From the NCBI GenBank assembly GCA_036676985.1, contig JAKFBU010000004.1, forward strand, positions 64,001 to 128,000: a DNA stretch of 64,000 nt, given 5' to 3'. A program made the position numbers and the translations under genes. The notes beneath the pieces are model-generated. The model saw only the letters and a list, made by a program, of their open reading frames with translations, made no database searches and was not told the DNA's origin. Shown here piece after piece: positions 41,638 through 54,295 of this stretch. The stretch is from Candidatus Sericytochromatia bacterium (GTDB lineage Bacteria; Cyanobacteriota; Sericytochromatia; S15B-MN24; UBA4093). The number at the start of each line of letters is the position of its first letter. Position 1 is the stretch's first letter.

Positions 41638-42345
41638 TTACTTGCCGCCGAAGAGCCGGCCGGTCTTGCCAGGGGCGCTCGCGCCCGGCTGCTGGTTAGG
41701 GGGCGGGAAGAGCTGCCAGAAGGACTCCTCGTCCTTGAAGACCTCGTAGAAGTTGCAGATCGGGTAGACCCGGCCCTGGAGCTTCGAGGTCTCCAGGCTC
41801 TCGAGCAACGCGTAGCCCTGCGCGGGAGCCATCATGCGCGCCTGGTTCAGCTTCGCATGCGTCTCGGCCACCGAGCGGGCCGCCTCTTCGAACTGGTGCA
41901 CGGCGATCGCCGCCCGCCGCGCCAGATCCGCGTTCTCCCCGAGGCGCTTGGTAATCTTCTCGACCAGTGCCTTGTCCTGCGGAGACATGGGGCCCGCCAT
42001 GGGGGCGGGCGCCGGCTTCTTGAGGGCGGGAGGCTTGAGGCCCTTCTTGGGCTCGGGGGCCGCAGCAGGCGCCGGAGCGGCCTTCTTGGCCTGCTCGCTC
42101 GCCGTCTTGAGCAGCTTCACGCGGGGGCCGAACCGGTCCAGGATAGTCCGGCAGAGCTGGATCTGCTCCTCGGCTGCCGCCACCTGCTGCGACAGGACCT
42201 CGGAGGTGATCTCCAAGGGACGCGTCTGGCGACGGCCCAGGGGTTGCGTCGCGCTCCGGACGAACTGGTCCGAGTAGGAGCGATCGGCGAAAGGGTTGCT
42301 GCCGGCACCCGGGCCTGAGCGTTTGAAGGCGTCCGTTCCGTCCAT
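41638..42345 (-). CDS. Hypothetical protein, paralogue of 931-1875
   Basis: TQPLGR and LQGRVYPICNFY...LFPPPNQQ shared; start at 42345 inferred. Confidence 0.75.
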   Translation of the reverse strand: MDGTDAFKRSGPGAGSNPFADRSYSDQFVRSATQPLGRRQTRPLEITSEVLSQQVAAAEEQIQLCRTILDRFGPRVKLLKTASEQAKKAAPAPAAAPEPKKGLKPPALKKPAPAPMAGPMSPQDKALVEKITKRLGENADLARRAAIAVHQFEEAARSVAETHAKLNQARMMAPAQGYALLESLETSKLQGRVYPICNFYEVFKDEESFWQLFPPPNQQPGASAPGKTGRLFGGK

Positions 42346-42652
42346 GAGGGGCCTCGTGGAACATGCTGCGGGACGCGCCGTTGCGGCCCGCCCCCGTAAC
42401 CGTTGCTTCTTGTATGCCCGCCCCATGAGGGATCCTAACCGCCGCCGAAGCAACAGTAATTTACCGATCAAACCCCCGCAAATGCCTTGCGTGGAGCGCC
42501 GATTCGTGTTATTCACGTTAAAGGACGATTAAAGCTCGCCCTCTGTCCCCCGTCAGGGGAGGAAGTCCCGCCGGAACTCCGGCGGGGTTTCGTGTACCAC
42601 CGGGTCGGTCGGTGGGTGAGCGTGATATCGTGGGCGACCCCGGAGAGGACAC

Positions 42653-42841
42653 TTGAAGGGAATTCAGCTCGGTTACAGCTTCTTGGGCGCGCTGCTCGCC
42701 GGAACGGCTCTCGGCTACTTCGCCGATCGCTGGCTCGGGACGGCCCCCTGGGGGCTCGTCATCGGCATCGTGCTGGGTTTCGCAAGCGGACTCTACGGGC
42801 TCTACGTCGCCCTACAGCGTCAGGATGGCTCGGATGGCTAG
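42653..42841 (+). CDS. AtpZ/AtpI-family small membrane protein
   Basis: GYFADRWLGTAPWGLVIG; first gene of the atp operon. Confidence 0.82.
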   Translation: MKGIQLGYSFLGALLAGTALGYFADRWLGTAPWGLVIGIVLGFASGLYGLYVALQRQDGSDG

Positions 42842-43217
42842 TGAGATGGGGCGCCTCGAAGGCGCGTTGTACAAGCACTTGGCCGTTGCCGGAGGGGGTT
42901 CCCTCGCCCTGGGAGTGATCCTGGGACAGCCGACCTGGGGGTTCTCGGCCGCACTGGGCTTTCTGGCCACCATCGCCTACTTCGGGCTCTTGGGACGCCA
43001 GGTCGAGCGCACGACGAGCCGGGGCCGCATCCCCGCGATGGGGCAGGTCGTGATCCTGATGCTGACCCGTCAAGCGGTTGGCATCTTCGCCATCTACTTG
43101 GCGCTGCGGTTCTGGCAGTCGGCGTGGTGGGCTTGCTTCCTTGCCCAGCTGATCGGTCGGAACTGGGTCATGATCGTCGCAACGCTGCAGGGCTCGCACT
43201 CGCGCGAGACTTGCTGA
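42834..43217 (+). CDS. atpI: ATP synthase protein I
   Basis: Four hydrophobic segments; position before subunit a. Confidence 0.7.
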   Translation: MASEMGRLEGALYKHLAVAGGGSLALGVILGQPTWGFSAALGFLATIAYFGLLGRQVERTTSRGRIPAMGQVVILMLTRQAVGIFAIYLALRFWQSAWWACFLAQLIGRNWVMIVATLQGSHSRETC

Positions 43218-43230
43218 GGAGGACACGGGT

Positions 43231-44133
43231 TTGTCACAGCACGCGTTCAAGCTCGCGCAGGCCGGACACGAGGCGGCCCCGGCCGCCGGTCACGGCGCCG
43301 ACGCGGCAGCAGGCCATGCGGCAGCCGCCGCGGGGCACGCCGCCGAAGCCGCCGGCCACGGGGCCGGTCACGCCGCCGAGGGCGGCATCCAGCTCGGGGT
43401 GCACTGGGCCCAGCACACCCCCTGGGGCGTCGTCCACGTCGACACGATCCTTTCGACCGTCGTCGCCATGCTCGTCGCTATCCTGGTCTTCGGCCTGCTG
43501 GGTCGCGCCGTCACCATGCGGCCCGCATCCAGCAAGGTCAAGCGCGCAACGGCCATCGAGGCGGTGGTCGAGTTCATCCAGAAGATCCTCACCGACTTCA
43601 TCGGTCACGGAGCGAGCAAGTACCTCTGGTTCATCGGCTCGCTGTTCGTCTTCATCGTGACCGCCAACTGGCTCGGCCTCCTGCCCTGGCGGGCATGGGA
43701 GCTCGCCGGGCTCGGCGAGGCCGCCGCGCACGGCCTGGGGCTCAACGCCCCGCACGGGCTGGTCTATCACGCTCCGACCGCGGACCTCAACACCACCGCC
43801 GCTCTGGCCATCCTGAGCCTGGTGATGTACTGGGTCTCCGGCATCCGGGCCAACGGCGTGGTCGGCTTCATCGGCCACCACTGGTTCGCCAAGCCGTGGG
43901 CCCTCTTTCCCCTGCGGATGCTCGAGGACATCACCCGTCCTCTCTCGCTCGCGCTTCGTCTGTTCGCCAACATCGTGGCGGGCCACGTCGTGGGCCTCAT
44001 CCTCCTGGGCATGGCCTACGTCGGGGCAGCCGCCCTGTTGCCGCTCGAGCTCTTCGTCGGCGCGATTCAAGGCTTCATCTTCGCGACCCTGTCGGCGTCC
44101 TATATCGGGGCCGCCGTGGCAGAGCACCACTAG
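43231..44133 (+). CDS. atpB: ATP synthase Fo subunit a
   Basis: NWLGLLP, PTADLNTT, RPLSLALRLFANI, IQGFIF; His/Ala-rich N-terminus. Confidence 0.95.
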   Translation: MSQHAFKLAQAGHEAAPAAGHGADAAAGHAAAAAGHAAEAAGHGAGHAAEGGIQLGVHWAQHTPWGVVHVDTILSTVVAMLVAILVFGLLGRAVTMRPASSKVKRATAIEAVVEFIQKILTDFIGHGASKYLWFIGSLFVFIVTANWLGLLPWRAWELAGLGEAAAHGLGLNAPHGLVYHAPTADLNTTAALAILSLVMYWVSGIRANGVVGFIGHHWFAKPWALFPLRMLEDITRPLSLALRLFANIVAGHVVGLILLGMAYVGAAALLPLELFVGAIQGFIFATLSASYIGAAVAEHH

Positions 44134-44147
44134 GATTTCTCGTCTAG

Positions 44148-44498
<351 letters not shown>

Positions 44499-44506
44499 TC
44501 GGGAAG

Positions 44507-44544
44507 CCGGGACGGCCGAGGGCTGTCCCGGCGCCCCTTTTTTC
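44507..44544 (+). terminator. Intra-operon hairpin after atpE
   Basis: CCGGGACGGCC-gag-GGCTGTCCCGG followed by a T run. Confidence 0.5.
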
Positions 44545-44571
44545 GGTTTTCTGGAATAGGAGAGTTCCTCG

Positions 44572-45030
44572 ATGCTGGACTTGAATCTGACCTTGCTGAT
44601 TCAGATGGCCTTGTTCCTGGTGTTCGCCGGGATCATGAACGCCATCTTCTTCAAGCCGGTCACCAAGGTCCTCGAGGAGCGCCGGGCCTACGTCGCAGGC
44701 AAGCACGCCCAGGCCAAGCAGGATCTCGACCAGATCCAGGCGCTCCAGCAGGATTACGAGACCCGCATGAAGGCCGCGCGGGTCGAGGCGCAGGAAGCCG
44801 TGTCGGCTGCCGTCGCCGAGGCCGAGAGCAAGCGTCAGGCCCTCCTGACGTCGGTCAAGGCCGAAGTCGGAGCGCAGATCGAGAGCGCCCGCCAGTCCAT
44901 CCGGACCGAGCGCGACGCCGCCCTCAACGAACTGTCGGGTGACGTCTCCGCCTTGGCCAACCTCATCGCTCGCAAGGCGGGTGCCGAGCCCGCTGCTGTT
45001 TCCGCCACCCGCGGAGGGAACGAGGCATGA
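44572..45030 (+). CDS. atpF2: ATP synthase Fo subunit b'
   Basis: LDLNLTLLIQM..FFKPVTKVLEERR, coiled coil. Confidence 0.88.
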   Translation: MLDLNLTLLIQMALFLVFAGIMNAIFFKPVTKVLEERRAYVAGKHAQAKQDLDQIQALQQDYETRMKAARVEAQEAVSAAVAEAESKRQALLTSVKAEVGAQIESARQSIRTERDAALNELSGDVSALANLIARKAGAEPAAVSATRGGNEA

Positions 45031-45527
45031 ACGCGATCGTCCTTCAGACCTTCTTTGCCGTCTTCAACTTCGTCTTAATCGCCTTCGTGCTCTACAAGTT
45101 CGCGGGCCCCATGGTCGCCAAGACCCTGCGGGAGCGCAACGAGGCGAACCGTCTGGCCCTCGAGGCCGCCGAGGCCGCCCAGGCCAAGGCCGAAACGGAG
45201 CTCGCCGAGTTCCGCACCCGCCTCGCCAACGTCGAGCAGGAGCTCGCCGCGATCGTCTCGAGCGCCAAGAACAACGCCGCCCTGGTGGCCAAGGACATCG
45301 AGTCGACGGCCGGCACCGATGCCCAGCGCCTGCGTGACCACGCCAAGCTCGAGATCGAGCGCGAGAAGAGCCTCGCCCAGCAGACCATCCGGGTCACCTT
45401 GCTGCAGCGGGCCCTCGACGAGGCCGAAGCCGAGCTGCGCCGCCAGATGGGTCCCGACCTCCAGCGTCAGCTGGTGTCGCGCTTCATCCAGAAAGTGGGA
45501 GACGGATCATGCCCAATCACTCTGTAG
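45027..45527 (+). CDS. atpF: ATP synthase Fo subunit b
   Basis: FNFVLIAFVLYKF TM helix then coiled coil. Confidence 0.88.
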   Translation: MNAIVLQTFFAVFNFVLIAFVLYKFAGPMVAKTLRERNEANRLALEAAEAAQAKAETELAEFRTRLANVEQELAAIVSSAKNNAALVAKDIESTAGTDAQRLRDHAKLEIEREKSLAQQTIRVTLLQRALDEAEAELRRQMGPDLQRQLVSRFIQKVGDGSCPITL

Positions 45528-46042
45528 CCCAACGTTACGCCGACGCCCTCTTCCAGGTCGCCGAGGCGCAGGGCAACCTCGACAAGGTGGACCAGGACCT
45601 GGCGGCGATCGCCCAGATCCTCTCCGACCACCCCGACCTCACCCGCCTGTGGGAGAGCGCGGTGGTCTCCACCGAGGACAAGAAGTCCATCGTCAAGCAG
45701 CTCTTCGAGGGCAAGATCGAGCCCATCACGTACAACACGCTGCTCTTGATGTTCGACAAGCAGCGCGGAGGCAGCATCGGTCAGGTGCAGCACGCCTTCC
45801 GCGAGCGTTACAACGCCTTCCGTAAGCGCCTCAAGGTGACCGTCCGGACCGTGCTGCCCATGGCCTCCGACGAGACCGAGGAGCTCCGCCGCGTGCTGGC
45901 CCAGGCGACCGCGCGGGAAATCGAGATGGAGGCCACCATCGACCCCGACCTGATCGGCGGCATCGTGGTCAAGGTCGGCGACAAGGTTATCGACAACAGC
46001 CTGCGGGGGCGCCTCGAAGCGCTCGCTCGCACCCTGGCTTAA
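45509..46042 (+). CDS. atpH: ATP synthase F1 delta
   Basis: VAQRYADALF, IDPDLIGG, IDNSLRGRL. Confidence 0.93.
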   Translation: MPNHSVAQRYADALFQVAEAQGNLDKVDQDLAAIAQILSDHPDLTRLWESAVVSTEDKKSIVKQLFEGKIEPITYNTLLLMFDKQRGGSIGQVQHAFRERYNAFRKRLKVTVRTVLPMASDETEELRRVLAQATAREIEMEATIDPDLIGGIVVKVGDKVIDNSLRGRLEALARTLA

Positions 46043-46063
46043 AACTAGGAAAGAGGAGCAGCC

Positions 46064-47581
<1,518 letters not shown>

Positions 47582-47593
47582 GAAAGGTTCGCC

Positions 47594-48472
47594 ATGCCGC
47601 TTAACGCAAAAGAAATCCGGCGGCGGATCAAGGGGGTTGCGAGCACTCGTCAGATCACCAAGGCGATGGAGATGGTCGCGGCGGCGAAGGTCCGCCGCGC
47701 CCTGGGTCGGGCCACCGCGGCCCGCCCCTACTCGCAGGGGATCAAGGACCTGTTCGCGACCGTGACCTCCTACTTGCCCGCCGGTGAGCTCAACAGCAAG
47801 CTGTTGGTCCGCCGCGACGTCAAGAAGGTCGCCATCGTCATCCTGACCTCGGACAAGGGTCTGGCGGGCGCCTTCAACTCCAACGTCATCCGTGCGGCGG
47901 TCAGCCGCGTCCGGGAGTGGAAGGCCAAGGGCGCCGAGCCCCAGCTCGTCATCGTGGGCACCAAGGGCGTCAACTTCTTCCGCCACTCGAACTTCGAGGT
48001 GGTCTCGCGCTACCAGAACCTGCCGGCCATCCCGACCTTCGTCGAGGCCAGCGTCGTCGCCGAAGAGGTCACCAAGCTCTACGCCGAGGGCGCGGTGGAC
48101 AAGGTGGAGCTCGTCTACACGCAGTTCCACTCCATGCTCCGCTACACCCCGGAGGTCATGGACCTGTTGCCGGCGAGCCTGCCGGAGACGGCCGCGACGA
48201 CCTCGTCCCAGCGGGAGTACCTCTTCGAGCCGTCGGCGGAAGCCATGGTCGAGGAGCTCATCCCCAAGTACCTCGAGACCGTGGTGTACCAGGGCATGCT
48301 GGAGAGCGCGAGCTCGTTCTTCGCCAGCCAGATGAACGCCATGAGCAACGCCTCGAAGAACGCGGGCGAGATGATCCAGCACCTGACGCTGGTCCTGAAC
48401 AAGGCCCGTCAGGGCGCCATCACCCAGGAGATCCTCGAGGTCGTGGGCGGTGCTGAGGCCCTCAAGGCCTAA
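47594..48472 (+). CDS. atpG: ATP synthase F1 gamma
   Basis: QITKAMEMVAAAK, TSDKGLAG, ITQEILEVVGGA. Confidence 0.97.
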   Translation: MPLNAKEIRRRIKGVASTRQITKAMEMVAAAKVRRALGRATAARPYSQGIKDLFATVTSYLPAGELNSKLLVRRDVKKVAIVILTSDKGLAGAFNSNVIRAAVSRVREWKAKGAEPQLVIVGTKGVNFFRHSNFEVVSRYQNLPAIPTFVEASVVAEEVTKLYAEGAVDKVELVYTQFHSMLRYTPEVMDLLPASLPETAATTSSQREYLFEPSAEAMVEELIPKYLETVVYQGMLESASSFFASQMNAMSNASKNAGEMIQHLTLVLNKARQGAITQEILEVVGGAEALKA

Positions 48473-48514
48473 CCGTTCGATGCCAGTAACTCGGATTTTT
48501 TAAGGAGTACATAA

Positions 48515-49942
<1,428 letters not shown>

Positions 49943-49945
49943 GCC

Positions 49946-50353
49946 ATGCCGTTCAAGCTCGAAATCATCTCACCCGACCGGGTGGTCTACTCCGAGAACG
50001 CGGACTTCATCGCGGTGCGCGGCGTCGAGGGGGAGCTGGGCATCCTGCCCGGCCACACCCCCCTCTTCACCAAGCTCGAACCCGAGGTGATGACCGTTCA
50101 TCAAGGGGGTAAACAAGAGATCGTGGCGGTCATGGGCGGCTTCCTGGATGTTCAGCCTGACAAGGTGACCATCCTGACGGACGCCGCGGAGCGCGCGAGC
50201 GAGATCGATGCGGTCCGGGCCAAGCAGGCCAAGGAGCGCGCCGAGATCCAGGCGGCCAAGGTCAAGGACACCACGACCGAGGCGGCCCTGCTCCGAGCGA
50301 TCGTCCGTCTGCGGGCCGTCGAGCTCGTCGGCGGCGCGAAGGTGATGCGCTAG
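49946..50353 (+). CDS. atpC: ATP synthase F1 epsilon
   Basis: GELGILPGH, GGFLDV. Confidence 0.95.
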   Translation: MPFKLEIISPDRVVYSENADFIAVRGVEGELGILPGHTPLFTKLEPEVMTVHQGGKQEIVAVMGGFLDVQPDKVTILTDAAERASEIDAVRAKQAKERAEIQAAKVKDTTTEAALLRAIVRLRAVELVGGAKVMR

Positions 50354-50365
50354 TCCGGATCCTCT

Positions 50366-52033
50366 TTGAAGGAGAACCACTTGAATAGTCTCAAGTTGGC
50401 GGCTTCTGTCGGCTTGGCCCTGCTCCTCACGGGGCAGGGCCTCGCCGTGCAAGCAGCCGAGTCCAATACCGTGGAGCTGACGTTGCTCAGCACCACCGAC
50501 GTGCACGGCCACGTCTGGCCCACGACCTACTACACGGACCAGGAGAAGGCGATGGGCCTCGCCAAGGTCTACACCCTGGTCAAGAAGTTCCGGGCCGAGA
50601 ACAAGCACACCTTGCTGGTGGACTCCGGGGACATGCTGCAGGGCTCGCCCCTGCCGTACGTCCAGGCCAAGGTCCAGGGCGGCAAGGGCGCCAACCCGAT
50701 GATCCAGGCCATGAACGCCATGGGCTACGACGTCTTCGGGGTGGGCAACCACGACTTCAACTTCGGCATCCCGCACCTGCGCAAGGCCGAGGCGGAGGCG
50801 AAGTTCCCGTTCGTCGTCTCCAACATCTACAAAGCAGGCACCCAGGAGCCCTTCTTCAAGCCCTTCGTCATCAAGGACCTGGGCGGGGTCAAGGTGGGCG
50901 TCATCGGCTTCGCGCCTCCGGGCATCGTGCTCTGGGACAAGGCGCACGTGGGGGGCAAGATCGAGGTGGTCAGCCTGCTGGCTGCCGCCGAGCGCTGGAT
51001 CCCCGAGCTAAAGCGCCAGGGCGCGGACGTGATCGTGGCGGTTCCGCACGCGGGCCTCGGGGGCAAGTACGGCCCCGAGTACTCGGGCTACTCGCCCGCC
51101 TCGGGCCTGCCGCCCGAGAACGTGGGCATGCGCCTCGCGTCGGCGTTCCCCGAGATCGACGTCATGTTCACGGGCCACAGCCACCAGGAGATCAAGAGCG
51201 AGAACATCAACGGCGTGGCGATCGCCCAGGCCAAGATGTGGGCCGAGCGCATGGCCATGGCCAAGGTCAAGCTCGTGAAGGAGGGCGGCAAGTGGAAGGT
51301 GGTCGCGAAGTCCACCGACGTGCTGAACCTCGAGCAGGTCGCCCCCGCACCCGAGGTGCTCAAGGCGACCCAGGCCGCGCACGACGCGACGGTGGCCTAC
51401 GTCCACTCGCCCATCGCGCGCACGGCGGTCGACTGGTCCGCCAAGGACAGCATCCTGAACGACTCGCCCATCATCGACCTGATCAACGAGGTCCAGCGCT
51501 CGGCGACCGGCGCGCAGCTCGCCTCTGCGGCGAGCTTCAACCTGGACGCCGTGCTCAAGAAGGGTGAGATCACCATCGCGGACATCGCCGCACTCTACCC
51601 CTACGAGAACGGGATGGTGGCCATCCAGGTGACGGGCAAGCAGCTCAAGGAGTACCTGGAGCACTCGGCCCGCTACTTCCTCGGCTACGAGGGGACGAGC
51701 CTCAAGCTCAACCCGGAGATCCGCGCCTACAACTACGACATGGTCTCGGGCGTCGACTACCAGATCGACGTGACGCAGCCGGTCGGCGCGCGCATCGTGG
51801 GCCTCAGCTACCAGGGCAAGCCGGTGACGGACGCCCAGACGTTCACCATGGCCATCAACTCCTACCGTCAGGGCGGAGGCGGCGGCTACGAGATGCTCAA
51901 GGACTGCCCGGTCATCTACGATCGGCAGGAGAGCATCCGGGAGCTCATCATCGAGTACCTGAAGCAGAAGCAGAAGGTGGATCCCAAGGACGTCTTCAAG
52001 AAGAACTGGGAGCTCTTGCCCGCCGGCAAGTAG
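50366..52033 (+). CDS. Exported 2',3'-cyclic-nucleotide phosphodiesterase / nucleotidase (CpdB-like)
   Basis: Signal peptide; TTDVHG, DSGD, GNHDF, GHSH, LYPYEN, YNYDM. Confidence 0.9.
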   Translation: MKENHLNSLKLAASVGLALLLTGQGLAVQAAESNTVELTLLSTTDVHGHVWPTTYYTDQEKAMGLAKVYTLVKKFRAENKHTLLVDSGDMLQGSPLPYVQAKVQGGKGANPMIQAMNAMGYDVFGVGNHDFNFGIPHLRKAEAEAKFPFVVSNIYKAGTQEPFFKPFVIKDLGGVKVGVIGFAPPGIVLWDKAHVGGKIEVVSLLAAAERWIPELKRQGADVIVAVPHAGLGGKYGPEYSGYSPASGLPPENVGMRLASAFPEIDVMFTGHSHQEIKSENINGVAIAQAKMWAERMAMAKVKLVKEGGKWKVVAKSTDVLNLEQVAPAPEVLKATQAAHDATVAYVHSPIARTAVDWSAKDSILNDSPIIDLINEVQRSATGAQLASAASFNLDAVLKKGEITIADIAALYPYENGMVAIQVTGKQLKEYLEHSARYFLGYEGTSLKLNPEIRAYNYDMVSGVDYQIDVTQPVGARIVGLSYQGKPVTDAQTFTMAINSYRQGGGGGYEMLKDCPVIYDRQESIRELIIEYLKQKQKVDPKDVFKKNWELLPAGK

Positions 52034-52210
52034 CACCCGATTCCCTCGGAGGGCTCCGCCACTGGCGGAGCCCTTCGTCCATCAAGGGTGCGCACAATCC
52101 CCACGGCTTCAACGTGCCACGCCCTCCCGGTCCGGGTATCATGCCGATGGCTCATTGGCCGTCTGCCCGCCATTTGCGTGGCGGGACGGCCCGCTCGAAA
52201 GGCTATCGAC

Positions 52211-52756
52211 ATGGGGTCTGCCACACACCGCGCCAACGGCTTCACGCTCATCGAGGTGAGCCTCGCGATCGTCATCGGGCTCGTCCTGCTCGCGGGAACC
52301 GTCGTCCTGTACCAGCAGATCAAGATCTCGGCCGGCGACTCGAAGGCCAAGGAGAAGGTCATGGCGGCCGCAGCCGTGGTCGAAGAGCTGAACGCGCAGC
52401 TCGGCGTCTACCCCGATCGCTTCCAGCTGCGTGCCCGCTGGGGCAGCGTGAGGCCGGACTGGAACCTCAGCCCCTGGGGCGGATCGGTCGGGAGCAACGT
52501 CTCGGGGGATGCCTTCAAGGGGATCGAGGGCGTGTCCCTGGCGCCCGCCAGCTTCACCGATCCCTGGTACGCCGACAACTACCGGAGCGCCAACTACGTG
52601 GGTGGCCTCGGCTATGCCGTGGGGACCGCCGCCGAGACCAAGCAGGTGATGGACCTCGTCTCCGGCCAGACCCTCACCTTCCAGGGCTACGTTCTCGCCA
52701 TCTGGAACCAGCAGGGGCGCGATCCCTGCTTTCCCACCGGCGGAGCCAGGCGCTAG
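52211..52756 (+). CDS. Type IV pilin / pseudopilin-like protein
   Basis: Prepilin site G|FTLIE followed by a hydrophobic helix. Confidence 0.85.
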   Translation: MGSATHRANGFTLIEVSLAIVIGLVLLAGTVVLYQQIKISAGDSKAKEKVMAAAAVVEELNAQLGVYPDRFQLRARWGSVRPDWNLSPWGGSVGSNVSGDAFKGIEGVSLAPASFTDPWYADNYRSANYVGGLGYAVGTAAETKQVMDLVSGQTLTFQGYVLAIWNQQGRDPCFPTGGARR

Positions 52757-53343
52757 CGCTCGGGGCGTCGGAAGCCTTTCGATTGGCCCGTCCGACGGGG
52801 ACGCCGAACGGGAGCGGCCGGGCTCGGGGCGGGTAACCTGATGCCCGCGGCCAAGAGCCCCAGGGCGCAGCCCATCAAGATGGCGAGCGTCCCAAGTAGG
52901 CGGAAGCCGCCCGAGACGATGGGCGTCGCCCAGAGCATGTTCAGGGTGCCCAGCATGTAGTTCCAGTCGTGGATGCGATCGCCCGCCCCGAACAAGGGCA
53001 GGGCCTGGGCGACGGCGTCTCCCGAGTACACCGAGCAGTAGAGCAGGCTGTTGCCCAGCCAGAGCCACATGAGCGCGCTCGAGAAGGGCTGGCCCTGCCG
53101 CAGGAACGACACGATGAAGGCCGCTGGCACGATGAGCTGGATGAGGGTGCCGCCCGCCATGCCCATGAACTCGCCGAAGATCCCGAAGAGCGGGTGCCCG
53201 GCCTCGTGGACGATGAGCGTGAAGCTATCCAGCAGGTCCCACTTGGTGGGCGTGAAGACGGCGCGCAGGAAGTAGAGGCCGGCGACGATCGTCACGCCGG
53301 CCTTGAGCCAATCGGGGCTGCTGGTGGCTTCGCGGGTCGACAT
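52753..53343 (-). CDS. Membrane protein with HExxH motif (M50-like)
   Basis: VHEAGH, AGG, HDWN, several TM segments. Confidence 0.7.
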   Translation of the reverse strand: MSTREATSSPDWLKAGVTIVAGLYFLRAVFTPTKWDLLDSFTLIVHEAGHPLFGIFGEFMGMAGGTLIQLIVPAAFIVSFLRQGQPFSSALMWLWLGNSLLYCSVYSGDAVAQALPLFGAGDRIHDWNYMLGTLNMLWATPIVSGGFRLLGTLAILMGCALGLLAAGIRLPAPSPAAPVRRPRRTGQSKGFRRPER

Positions 53344-53450
53344 GGGCTACCTCCTGAAAGCTACTTGCTGCATACCCGGGCGCTCGCCGCCTCAAGCGAG
53401 GTTCGAGCCCGGGTGGGGTATAGAACCCTTGGTCGCCTAAGGAGGTTTCC

Positions 53451-54239
53451 ATGCAGATTAGTGGCTCAGGCTCCGTCTCCTCCGTTCGGCAGAAGTCCGC
53501 CGAGACGGCCCCCATGGAAACGACCAAGCCCTCCAGTGGGGCGCCGACGGACCGCTTCGCGAGCTCCGTCCAGAAGAAGCAACTCGACGTGCCCCTGCTC
53601 TATCAGTACACGGGCAGCGACCAAAACGCCTGTGGCACGACGAGCCTCGCGATGATCATGCAATTCCTCGGCAAGAAGGTGAGTCGCCAGGAGATCGACC
53701 AGAAGATTCGCCCCGTCGACGGCCCCACGGCGCCGGACGACGTGGTCGAGTACGCCCGTGCCCAGGGCTTCAACGCCGAGATGTACAACAAGGGCTCGGT
53801 GGAGGAGATCAAGAAGTTCCTCGACCGCGGCATCCCCGTGCAGGCACTCATCGACCCGGACGTGGGCAGCGACACGACCCTCCACTACGTCGTCGTCACC
53901 GGCTACGAGACCGATCCGAAGACCGGCAAGACCAACCTCCTCATCAACAACCCCGCTCGTCTTGAGCCTCAGCGCATGGACGAGGACGAGTTCAACCAGC
54001 GCTGGGGCGATCTCAATGTCCTGGGGGTCGGCACCGGCGTCGATCGCTTCTTCATGGCGATCGCCCCCAAGTCGGAGGAGCTGCCGCCTTCGCGCCGGGA
54101 CGGCGCCCGGTTCTCCCTGGGCGTCTTCGAGGCCATCGGCGTCGGCGAAAAGGTCGTCGATACCGCCTCCGATGCCTGGAGCTCGGTCAAGAGCACCGCG
54201 TCCAGCGCATGGAACAAGGTCAAGGGCTGGTTCAGCTAG
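53451..54239 (+). CDS. C39-like cysteine peptidase
   Basis: NACGTTSLAM, LHYVVVTGY, INNP; AAGGAGG RBS. Confidence 0.82.
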   Translation: MQISGSGSVSSVRQKSAETAPMETTKPSSGAPTDRFASSVQKKQLDVPLLYQYTGSDQNACGTTSLAMIMQFLGKKVSRQEIDQKIRPVDGPTAPDDVVEYARAQGFNAEMYNKGSVEEIKKFLDRGIPVQALIDPDVGSDTTLHYVVVTGYETDPKTGKTNLLINNPARLEPQRMDEDEFNQRWGDLNVLGVGTGVDRFFMAIAPKSEELPPSRRDGARFSLGVFEAIGVGEKVVDTASDAWSSVKSTASSAWNKVKGWFS

Positions 54240-54253
54240 CTCTCCAACGCGAC

Positions 54254-54288
54254 GCGGCCCGCCCCATCGGGGCGGGCCGCTCTGTTTT
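54254..54288 (+). terminator. Rho-independent terminator
   Basis: GCGGCCCGCCCC-atc-GGGGCGGGCCGC then TCTGTTTT. Confidence 0.7.
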
Positions 54289-54295
54289 CAGGGGG

